36,648 nt of DNA, from positions 1 through 36,648 of the forward strand of contig DAOUWT010000003.1 in assembly GCA_030666985.1 (NCBI GenBank), written 5' to 3'. A program made the translations under genes and the position numbers. Below the pieces are notes generated by a model. That model ran no database searches, had not been told where the DNA came from, and saw only the letters and a program-made list of their open reading frames with translations. Positions 19,919 through 28,089 of this stretch are shown one piece after another (position 1 is the first letter of the stretch; every line of letters begins with the position of its first letter). The DNA is from Chloroflexota bacterium. Its GTDB lineage: Bacteria > Chloroflexota > Anaerolineae > Anaerolineales > UBA11858.

Positions 19919-20567
19919 ACAAATATTCTATCATATTCCACTCCCCTTCCAGCAACATTCACCTAGAAAAACCTCACCCTCCAATACCCAATATCTAATA
20001 TCCAATACCCCCAAAAGCCGCGCTGTGCGTGCCGTCACTGTGTGCGCCTCCGGCGGGCAAGGCTAGGCAGCTTAACGCGGAGGTAGCTGACGTTCATAAT
20101 TTTCTTCATTGGCTTCCAATAATAATTTAGCACGCCTGTACGTTTTCCCGCGTGTGGCTACACAATCAAGGCGTAATTTCTTTGTTATATAATCATATAA
20201 TTCGCGGTGCGTCCCATACTCATGCAAAACATCATCACTGTAGGAAACAGGGGAGCAAGCGTCAAAGAGTTTTTGCAACTCCATACGCTCATTTTCTAGC
20301 AATTCTTCTTGCTTGTAGTTTTGGCGTAAAATATCCCAAACAAAACGATGTATCGTATTTTCACTCTTAGCTTCAGGAAGTGGTAATTCTAAAAATGCTT
20401 CTTGCAAAGCGATGTATTCAGAGTAAGCTAAATCTCTCATTCTTCCCACCCCGCTGCTAGAATTTCTCTCTTGCCAGCAAAATGCCAGCTAACCAAGGAT
20501 TGATCCCATCAAAAACACGAGTACAAATATTTTATCATATTCCACTCTTCTTCCAGCAACATCCACC
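19919..20567 (-). repeat. 45-bp direct repeat pair (19919-19963 and 20523-20567) carrying an extended -10
   Basis: 41/45 identical. Minus strand TGATAGAAT / TGATAAAAT, each followed downstream by CTTGGTTAGC. Confidence 0.8.
20072..20440 (-). CDS. Hypothetical protein (low GC, cassette-like)
   Basis: About 122-aa ORF, plausible helical protein, no recognisable motif. Start is ATG 20440 or GTG 20449. Confidence 0.6.
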   Translation of the reverse strand: MRDLAYSEYIALQEAFLELPLPEAKSENTIHRFVWDILRQNYKQEELLENERMELQKLFDACSPVSYSDDVLHEYGTHRELYDYITKKLRLDCVATRGKTYRRAKLLLEANEENYERQLPPR

Positions 20568-20657
20568 GGGAAAAAATTTCATCCCCCACTCCCCTACTTG
20601 GAAGCAAGCTCCCCGACTCCAGAGTCCCCCTGATTCCTAGTCACTATTCACTGATAC

Positions 20658-22340
20658 CTAATCCCCTGATTCCCCGCCCCCCACCAAAAACCCCATCTCT
20701 ATCAAAATATCGGCGAGCTTCTCCTCCGTCCCCTCTTTTATGACCACCGCCGTAGGCCCAAGTTGTTCACGCAGGAATCGTGAGGCCCGCGATTTTTGGA
20801 GAGCCTCTAACATGGCCGGGGAACTCACTCTCAGGACAGTTTCCTTCTCCAGGGAGGCTTCCACGCCCTGCTGCTCCCAGCGGCGCAAGGCCTCTAGCAC
20901 GTTGGGGGGAACTACTCCGGCGTGGCTTTGGAGCAAGGTCAGCAGGTGTGCGGTTCGCAAGCCATGTTCTTCGGCCTGTTCCAAGGATGCGGGGGTGAGC
21001 GAGTAATAATACCTCTCCCGCTTAAGAGGATGCCAGGCGCAGAAACGGGAAATCTGGTAACGAACCGTGCGCGGAACAAGAGCCGAAATGTCAATTTCTC
21101 CCTTGGAGCGGAGGTGAATTGAGTCTGTTTCTGGCTGTAGGGTTTCGGGAAGTTCTCCGGCCAAGAGCGATTTACTCAAGGCTGAAAAGCGGAAAGCAGT
21201 GGCTTGGCCCTGGGGGGCATCGTCAGGGGCAGCTAAATCCAGAATTCCCAGCCAATGCAAAGGGCCGGTGATTGTGTAGCGCAGCAGAGCACCCTCTACT
21301 TGATCCCAATGCTCGAAGCCACGCAGATATTCTCCTGTGCGCGTGTCTTTTAGAAACCAGGAATCATAATCACCAGAAGGACGTTGGAAATCGGGGTATT
21401 TTTCTTTTATGCACGCAATTGTGGCAGATATGCTCCACCACGTATCGCGGGGGACGCGGCTTAGAAAATCTAGGATTTCCTTTCGAACGCGGAGAGGGTC
21501 GTTTTCCCAGGCCCCTTCGGCTTGCAGGCCGGGAACAAGGCGGAGGTCGTTGTGGGTAGGGCTAGTCCGCCAAGCCTGCCACAACTGGAGCAGCGTTTCA
21601 CCCCGTGATGCGCTTAGAAAGGCGCGGGTTTGTTCTGGGTTTGGCTTCCCCCCTGGGTCAAGCACTTCCATTGTCGCGAGGATAGCCCTGAAAAATGTGA
21701 CGGCCTCTTCTGTCACCTGGGGGAGGTGCGGGCGGGGATTGATGCCCATCCGCAGCCCGGCCAAAATGGTGCAGGTGTGGTCGATAATGCGGTCGGTGGC
21801 CAGGATTATGTGCTTGCGCTCTTCGGGTGTAGCCTGCCGGCCCAGGAGAGCGTCCAGGGAGAGGCTCTCTTCCCCCAAGGGGGCGCCTACAGGGCTGGGA
21901 GTGGGGAGGAATTCGGAGATGATTTCGAGCAAATCGCCGGGGATGTAGGCTAATTCTTGGGGGCCGGTTTCGGTGTCGAAAAAGCCTCGGGACAGGAAGG
22001 CGCGGTACCAGAGCACTTCGGCTGGGGAGACGGGGTCACGGTGGGGGTGCTCCCGGTCCCTCCGGCCGGGTCCCATCTCCCGCACCTCTCCCCAGCGACG
22101 AACGAACAGGGACCAGGTAACGCGCCCCCCCGCCCTTGCCAGCCACGCCAGAGCAGCCGCAGCACGTTCGGGCAGGGCCTCCACCACCTCCCCCGCCAGG
22201 GCCGGGTTTTTAATCTCCCCCGCTAGGAGTGGTACGGCGCGGCGGGCATCGGGGGCGTCCAGGGGAATCCCCCACAAATCCGCCACTATTTGGAGATGCC
22301 TATAATCAAACTCGCGCAAGCTATGCTGAAGGTCGGGCAT
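20658..22340 (-). CDS. XPB/Ssl2 helicase-associated domain protein
   Basis: C-terminal F.......Y.LTPASLEQA...G.....LL.LL..H...VPPNV..AL.RW pattern; PDFQRP.GDYDSW; no Walker motifs seen. Confidence 0.8.
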   Translation of the reverse strand: MPDLQHSLREFDYRHLQIVADLWGIPLDAPDARRAVPLLAGEIKNPALAGEVVEALPERAAAALAWLARAGGRVTWSLFVRRWGEVREMGPGRRDREHPHRDPVSPAEVLWYRAFLSRGFFDTETGPQELAYIPGDLLEIISEFLPTPSPVGAPLGEESLSLDALLGRQATPEERKHIILATDRIIDHTCTILAGLRMGINPRPHLPQVTEEAVTFFRAILATMEVLDPGGKPNPEQTRAFLSASRGETLLQLWQAWRTSPTHNDLRLVPGLQAEGAWENDPLRVRKEILDFLSRVPRDTWWSISATIACIKEKYPDFQRPSGDYDSWFLKDTRTGEYLRGFEHWDQVEGALLRYTITGPLHWLGILDLAAPDDAPQGQATAFRFSALSKSLLAGELPETLQPETDSIHLRSKGEIDISALVPRTVRYQISRFCAWHPLKRERYYYSLTPASLEQAEEHGLRTAHLLTLLQSHAGVVPPNVLEALRRWEQQGVEASLEKETVLRVSSPAMLEALQKSRASRFLREQLGPTAVVIKEGTEEKLADILIEMGFLVGGGESGD

Positions 22341-22348
22341 GGGGTTTC

Positions 22349-23269
22349 TTAGAACATTACCTGGATGGCTTTGGGGATGATCTCCAATTTTAGGTCATGT
22401 ATGCTGCTCGTGAAACCGGCAAATACTTCCCCGTCAGTATGGATGTAGAGTGGGTGGTTGGAGCGCAGGGAGAGGGTTTGGAATGTTTCTTCTCGAATTT
22501 GGGGGAAGCGAAGGTGAGTCCCGCGCATGAATTCTGGAATCAACCGAAGCAACATGGCGCGAGACGTTTCTTGAACGGCAATCAGGTTTAGGATGCCGTC
22601 TTTCGAGGATGCGTCTGGGGCCATGAGAAAACCTCCGCCTTCGCGAGGGCCGTTGCAGAGAGTGAGCATGAGGAGGTCGTTATCCCAGGCTTTTTCTCCG
22701 TTTAGGGTGAGTTCAACGTGAAAGGGGCTGTGGTTTAGGAAGATGGTTTTTATGACAGCGGTCAGGTACATTAGAAAACCCTGTACCACGGGGAGATCGT
22801 GAGAATAAATGGTTACTATGGCATCAAAGCCAATTCCTACGGTGTTGTCCCAGTATTCGCGGCGGCCTTGGTCGTCTTCTATGACTCCCATGTCTATGAG
22901 GTGGGGTTCTCCGGTGAATATCTGGCGCAAGGCTTTGGATGGGTCTTCATCCATCCCCAGGGCATGAGCAAAATCATTTCCCGAACCGAGAGGGACGGCT
23001 CCTAGGCGGGGACGTTTTTCCGGGGGGAAGCTCATGAGGCCGTTGATGACTTCGTGGACGGTCCCGTCTCCGCCGGCGGCGATGATGAGGTCGTAGCCAT
23101 CTTCTACGGCTTGTTGGGCTAGTTCTGTGGCGTGGGTGGGGTATACCGTGCCGGCCCAGTCTGCGCCTCCAAATTCGTCCATTACGGGGCGGAGGTCAGC
23201 GGCTTGTCGCCAGGCTTGGCCTAGATTGGCGTTGGGGTTGACGATGAATTTTGTGGTGTGTTTTTTCAT
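22349..23269 (-). CDS. Diacylglycerol kinase family lipid kinase (YegS/DgkB-like)
   Basis: IVNP.A, AGGDGTVHEVING, PLGSGNDFA, GIGFDA, NG...GGG, HTDGE. Confidence 0.93.
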   Translation of the reverse strand: MKKHTTKFIVNPNANLGQAWRQAADLRPVMDEFGGADWAGTVYPTHATELAQQAVEDGYDLIIAAGGDGTVHEVINGLMSFPPEKRPRLGAVPLGSGNDFAHALGMDEDPSKALRQIFTGEPHLIDMGVIEDDQGRREYWDNTVGIGFDAIVTIYSHDLPVVQGFLMYLTAVIKTIFLNHSPFHVELTLNGEKAWDNDLLMLTLCNGPREGGGFLMAPDASSKDGILNLIAVQETSRAMLLRLIPEFMRGTHLRFPQIREETFQTLSLRSNHPLYIHTDGEVFAGFTSSIHDLKLEIIPKAIQVMF

Positions 23270-23446
23270 GGGGTTAGGTATTGGGTATTAGGTATTAGGT
23301 ATTAGTGACTAGGGGGGGGCAGGGAGCAGGGAAGCAGGAGAGCAGGGGGGCAGGGGAGCGAGGGTGAGGAAGAAACAGGACGGCTATACGAAGAAAGAGA
23401 GCGGAGGGGACTCACTCATCACTCTTTACTCATCACGTTTCACGTT

Positions 23447-24214
23447 TCAGTATTTCGTTTCCAGGCTAGCGGTTGGCAAAACAATTTCCCCTTCACGGGA
23501 ATCCCCCACTTGGGTGATTTGCTCAGGTTTGATGGCGGCTGTCCAGGCTGTGTAGGCGGCTATTAGGGCGTCTAGCTCCTCGGGGGAATAGAGGCGATCT
23601 AGGGGCAGGATGCCTTGTAAAATCCGATAGCGGGTGATTTCTTCGAAGATGCGCATGGCGTCCGGGACTTCAACGGATTTTGAATGCAGGAGTACTTGGC
23701 GTTGTAAGCGGCCCATCAGGGTTTTCTTTTTGAAGGGTAGTATGCCCAACAAGACGGTATAAGCCGCGTGGGGATAAACTTCAAGAACTTGCAGGGAGGC
23801 TTCTTCTTGGGGATACTCCCGATAGCCGAATTTTTCCAGACGCCGGTAGATTTTGAAGCCAGTTTGCATCCAGCCCGGACAGGCCTCAGTTTTGGCACAG
23901 GTGCGGGGGATGCGGATATTGTGCTGAAAAAGCCGGTACTCCGCCACTCGAAAGCTTGTCCAACGCCCTGGGGTCGGGATAGGAGATAGCTCCTGGCGTA
24001 TCTCTTCTTGCTGCATTAGCTTCTGGTTTGGACGCCTGGGAGAGTTGATGCCCACAAAGGCCGTTTCCTGCCCGCCCGCAAAAGCCAGGACGTCGTTTAT
24101 GTCGCCTTGGGAGAGAGCCAGCAGCCGCAGGTCTTGGTCCAAGACCGCGTAGGTGATGGGACGTTCTCCTGCTGTGGGGTCTATGCCAATAAAGACGGTG
24201 TTATTGAATAACAT
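23447..24214 (-). CDS. DUF429-family predicted RNase H-fold nuclease
   Basis: FIGID, R.AE..L, EVYPHA, LDALIAAYTA, EG.IVLP. Confidence 0.85.
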   Translation of the reverse strand: MLFNNTVFIGIDPTAGERPITYAVLDQDLRLLALSQGDINDVLAFAGGQETAFVGINSPRRPNQKLMQQEEIRQELSPIPTPGRWTSFRVAEYRLFQHNIRIPRTCAKTEACPGWMQTGFKIYRRLEKFGYREYPQEEASLQVLEVYPHAAYTVLLGILPFKKKTLMGRLQRQVLLHSKSVEVPDAMRIFEEITRYRILQGILPLDRLYSPEELDALIAAYTAWTAAIKPEQITQVGDSREGEIVLPTASLETKY

Positions 24215-24228
24215 AATTTGGGGAGTGG

Positions 24229-24275
24229 GGAACTGAGGAACCGCATTCCTCTAAGGAACGCGGTTCCTCAGTTCC
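24229..24275. repeat. Doubled GGAACCGCGTTCC palindrome (REP-like)
   Basis: GGAACTGAGGAACCGCATTCCT-CTA-AGGAACGCGGTTCCTCAGTTCC. Same motif at 17161-17179 and 33917-33951. Confidence 0.8.
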
Positions 24276-24489
24276 TCAAAAAGCTTGTACTATGAGTGTA
24301 GCGCAAAACCTTGATTATGGCAATGTTTTTTTTGTAATTTGCAGGGCAATTGCATTTGGCATCAAATATATAAGGGGATTCCAAGAAAATAATTGTCCCA
24401 AAGTTCGTGGTGTGTGAAGACGTGATGCGTGAAAACGTGAAACGTGAAATCATGCATCACGTCTTTACGTTTCACGTTTTACGTTTCAT

Positions 24490-24895
24490 TAATTATTCCA
24501 CATGTTGTTAAGTATTTATATTTAGTAGTCTTAGTAGGGGCTGTGGATAAGTGGATAAGGCGCTTATCCGAAGTTGAAATCCCTGACTAGTTTGATGTTC
24601 AGGAGATATATAGGGGATACCATTTGGCAAGGGGGTGTATGTGGGGGTGGGTTGGGGAGAGGGCATGAAAAGTTATCTACAGTTTGCATGTGGAAAAGGC
24701 AGGAATAACTTTCTTAGGAAATAGCGCTTTCTGGTCTTAACTCTATATATGGGGGAAAGAGAGTCTATGACCGCTATATGTGCTAAAAAGGGAATTTGGT
24801 CTGTGGATAAAAAGAGGAGAGTTATCCCCAAAAGAGGGTGGTTATCCACAATTTTTAAGGGGTTATCCACAGTTTTCGTGCTTTGTGGGAAAATT
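24490..24895. other. Candidate chromosomal replication origin (oriC)
   Basis: Perfect DnaA boxes at 24542, 24802, 24842 and 24863; near matches at 24550, 24673, 24689, 24822 and 24884. TAG-TAG-TCT-TAG-TAG trios (24523-24537), GGGC spacer and an AT-rich tract. Confidence 0.8.
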
Positions 24896-24933
24896 CACAC
24901 CCCTACCTATGGGGGTTGAGAATGGGGCTGACC

Positions 24934-26193
24934 CTATACTTGAGGGGCTATTATTGTCCCATCGGGAATGACGGTGTTCTTAGGAATCACCACAATACCA
25001 TCGCGGATAGACCAGTTTCCGAATTGTTCTTCGGTGCCGCGCGGGAAAGGTTTTATAACTACATTGGCGCCAATACGGACATTTTTATCTATGAGCGCAC
25101 CCTCAACATGGCTGTTGGCTCCAATGCCAATTGGCACGTCAGACGCTTGCGATCTATGCTTTTCATAATAATCTGCGCCCATCAAGACGGTGTCTTTCAG
25201 GAAAGCATTATCTTGGATTTGGCTGCGCACCCCAACTACTGAATGGATAATTTCTGCCTGCCCTATGTAGCTGCCGTCTGACAAGAAAACCTGTTCCAGG
25301 CGGGCGCCTTTTACGATTGTCCCCGGCAAAAAGCGGGGATGTGTGTAAATAGGGGCCAGGGGGTTGTAGATTTTAAATGGAGGGTTTTGGAGAGTCAGGT
25401 TGAGGTTTGCTTCATAAAAAGAGCGAATTGTTCCAATATCTTCCCAATAGTCTTCAAAGTCGAATCCAATCACATTTTTGGTGTGGATAGCGTTGGGGAT
25501 AACTTCTCCGCCAAAATCATCTGCGGTGGAGTTTTCTAGGAGTTCAATCAACACTTCTGTTTTGAAAAAATAAATTCCCATAGAACCCAGATAAGGGAGT
25601 TTAGGGTCATCTCGACTGACAACTTTTTTCAAAACATCCGGGTCGCTTGGTTTTTCTACAAAATCGGTGAGAAAGCCACTTGAATCCCTTTTAAGAATGC
25701 CGAGGCTAGGGGCTTGGGATGCAGAAACTGGCTGTACCGCAATGCAGATGTCGGCGTCCTTCTCCCAGAGATGCTTTGCCATAGCCTTGTAATCCATGCG
25801 GTAGAGATGGTCTCCCGCCAAAACTAAGACATATTTTGCCCCCGTGGTGCGAATCTCCAAAAGTTGTTGGCGAACCGCGTCAGCCGTGCCTTGGTACCAG
25901 GTCTGATTTGTGAAAGTTTGTTCCGCCGCCCAAATCTGGACCCAGCCCCGGTGAAAGGGATCAAAGTTGTAGGTCTGGGTGATATGCCGGTGGAGAGAAA
26001 CGGAATTGAATTGAGTAAGTACCGCAATTCGGTTTATGTCAGAATTGATGCAATTGCTGAGAGGTATGTCTATTAGGCGGTATTTCCCAGCGATAGGGAC
26101 GGCAGGTTTGGCGCGTACTTTTGTTAAGGGGTAGAGGCGTGTCCCCCGTCCTCCGCCCATGATGACGCCTAAAATGTCTTTAGTTGAAGGCAT
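24934..26193 (-). CDS. glgC: Glucose-1-phosphate adenylyltransferase
   Basis: GGGRGTRLYPLT..RAKPAVP, LTQFNS.SL, WYQGTADAV, GDHLYRMDY, FVEKP, DFGGEVIP, YWEDIGT. Confidence 0.97.
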   Translation of the reverse strand: MPSTKDILGVIMGGGRGTRLYPLTKVRAKPAVPIAGKYRLIDIPLSNCINSDINRIAVLTQFNSVSLHRHITQTYNFDPFHRGWVQIWAAEQTFTNQTWYQGTADAVRQQLLEIRTTGAKYVLVLAGDHLYRMDYKAMAKHLWEKDADICIAVQPVSASQAPSLGILKRDSSGFLTDFVEKPSDPDVLKKVVSRDDPKLPYLGSMGIYFFKTEVLIELLENSTADDFGGEVIPNAIHTKNVIGFDFEDYWEDIGTIRSFYEANLNLTLQNPPFKIYNPLAPIYTHPRFLPGTIVKGARLEQVFLSDGSYIGQAEIIHSVVGVRSQIQDNAFLKDTVLMGADYYEKHRSQASDVPIGIGANSHVEGALIDKNVRIGANVVIKPFPRGTEEQFGNWSIRDGIVVIPKNTVIPDGTIIAPQV

Positions 26194-26275
26194 AGTATTC
26201 TCCAGGGTTTACGTTATCGTGAAACGTGAACGCACCTCACTCCTCACTCCTCACGTTTCACTATTAGGGTATGTT

Positions 26276-26303
26276 AAAAAAAGCCCTCCCAGAATGGGGA
26301 GGG
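26276..26303 (-). terminator. Intrinsic terminator after tRNA-Leu
   Basis: Minus strand ACCCTCCCA-TTC-TGGGAGGGC followed by a run of T. Confidence 0.8.
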
Positions 26304-26362
26304 TATAGGTGAGGGGATATTTTTTGTTTTCATGGGGGATTATTTCAAAGGAAAATAGCGAA

Positions 26363-26446
26363 TGCCGAAGGTGGGAGTCGAACCCACAATCCTGTAAAGG
26401 AACGCGAGTTTGAGTCGCGCGCGTCTGCCTGTTCCGCCACTCCGGC
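26363..26446 (-). tRNA. tRNA-Leu(CAA), CCA not encoded
   Basis: GCCGGAG acceptor stem, D-arm TGGCGGAACAGGCAGACGC, anticodon arm CGCGA-CTCAAAC-TCGCG, long variable arm, GTGGGTTCGACTCCCAC, discriminator A. Confidence 0.96.
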
Positions 26447-26481
26447 AATGGGCAATGCGGCAATTTTGCATTGCGTCAGTA

Positions 26482-26509
26482 AGTATACCAAACTTGAGAG
26501 AGAGGTCAA
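26482..26509 (-). promoter_or_regulatory. tRNA promoter
   Basis: TTGACC-N16-TATACT with a TG extended -10. Confidence 0.65.
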
Positions 26510-26732
26510 GGTGGGGATGGCGGCGGCGGGGAAGTGAGTTAGGCGTACGGATGTTGGTTGAGGGACGTAGAGCCAGCGGGGAGCGTGGGAGCAGGAGAGC
26601 AGGGGGATACGTGGGAGCAAGAAGGGACAGGAGAGCAGAGGGCGTGGTCGAAGGACATTGCCTCAAAAATACCCACTCACCCACTCGCCCACCTGCCCCT
26701 CGCATCACTCGTCACGTTTCACGTTTTACGTC

Positions 26733-28019
26733 TTACCCATCCAACCGCACCGCCAAAAACGGAACTATCATCTCCTGCGGCGTTAGCCCTCCGTGGCGGC
26801 CAAGGAGGTGATTATCCTTGTCTGCCCACCAGAAATAAGCATCGCCTTTGGACAACACCACCAGATCTCCCACGCGGTTGTGCGCGTCGGGATGGTGGGG
26901 CGCGGGGCCGAACAATCCCGCGTTCATGGCCTGGGCAGAGTCGATTGTGTGGAAATCTCCCGGCCAATGTTCGTCAATATAAATGCGGACGTTTTCCTTT
27001 TGGCCCGGTTTTACATAAAAGTAGGTGCAGCGGTTTTCGCCGGAGGGCAGCATAGAGAGCATATCCACCAAGCGGGGGTGATTCTTCAATTCCCGGTTTG
27101 GGTCGTGGGGAGTATATGCCATACCGTGGTCGGCGGTGAGGATGAGAACCGTGTTCTTCCGGGAACGCTGATTCAGTTTGGAGAGGAATAGCTTCTCGAA
27201 ATTTGCGCTAAAACTGGCGAACTCTGCGGCGGGGCGCTCGTCGTTAGGGCCATACCTGTGGAATAAGCCATCCACCAAGCCCCAATAGGCGTAGGCGTAA
27301 AGGCGTTGGTAGGGTTTGTCTTCTAGCAGTTTACGCAAGTTGACCCACATCTCAGAAGGGCTGCTGATACCCTCTAAATTTGCGTCAGCCAAAAAAGTGC
27401 GCGAGAGGCCAGACTTAATGATGCCCCGATTTTGGAAGACAAAAGATTCCACTCCGTGCGCTTTGAGATGAGTGCCTAGAGTTGGGATAGGTAGATATTT
27501 TTCAGGTTCGAAGCCGGTTTGCTCCAAGCTGCTGTGGGGGCCTCGGAAACTGGCCGGGGTATGGAAGAGCAAATTAGCGACCATATTATATTGCTTGAGC
27601 CACACCTCGAACCCCAGGATGCCATGCGCAGCGGGGGCGTGCCCTGTCCAGAGAGAGGTCAGGGCCGCGTTGGTGGTGCTGGGCGCTATGGACGTGAGAG
27701 TAGCCAGCACTCCCTGGGGGATGAGGTCACGCCACACGGGGGCCGCCCCCTCCCCCCAGCGGTGAAAATGCTCCAGGGATAGCGCATCCACCAGGACTAG
27801 GACCACGCGTCCCACATCCTCCCCCAGCGGGGCCAGATAATCCCCCCCCAATGGGCCAAGGCCCAAGGGTGGGACATCCACCAGTTTACAGACGCTATCT
27901 GCCAAATTGGCGAGCGATTTGCCCCCGTATTGAGGCGTGATAAAATCGGGGCCGAGGTCAAGGCTAGGCAGGCGGAAGTTTTGGATTTTGGGAAGGTGGG
28001 TTGAAGTTATATCTGCCAT
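26733..28019 (-). CDS. Alkaline phosphatase superfamily, nucleotide pyrophosphatase/phosphodiesterase type
   Basis: VLVLVDAL, PSTT.AALTSL.TG..P..HG, D...H.YG, LTADHG, GRHGGLT..EM.VP. Confidence 0.9.
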   Translation of the reverse strand: MADITSTHLPKIQNFRLPSLDLGPDFITPQYGGKSLANLADSVCKLVDVPPLGLGPLGGDYLAPLGEDVGRVVLVLVDALSLEHFHRWGEGAAPVWRDLIPQGVLATLTSIAPSTTNAALTSLWTGHAPAAHGILGFEVWLKQYNMVANLLFHTPASFRGPHSSLEQTGFEPEKYLPIPTLGTHLKAHGVESFVFQNRGIIKSGLSRTFLADANLEGISSPSEMWVNLRKLLEDKPYQRLYAYAYWGLVDGLFHRYGPNDERPAAEFASFSANFEKLFLSKLNQRSRKNTVLILTADHGMAYTPHDPNRELKNHPRLVDMLSMLPSGENRCTYFYVKPGQKENVRIYIDEHWPGDFHTIDSAQAMNAGLFGPAPHHPDAHNRVGDLVVLSKGDAYFWWADKDNHLLGRHGGLTPQEMIVPFLAVRLDG

Positions 28020-28089
28020 GGAAAGTTCCTTGTGGTATGATTAAGGTGCTTTTCTGGGTTAGAGTGTAGTGGCGTAACGGAGGTCAACC

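Noticed and set aside
20015-20077. attC after the 20072 ORF
   Set aside because: Only degenerate cores (GTTAAGC, GCCTAGC); no paired L boxes or distal R'.
26340-26811. ORFs overlapping the tRNA, or a tRNA-integrated island
   Set aside because: The ORFs are translations of tRNA and repeat sequence; no integrase or duplicated tRNA 3' end was seen.
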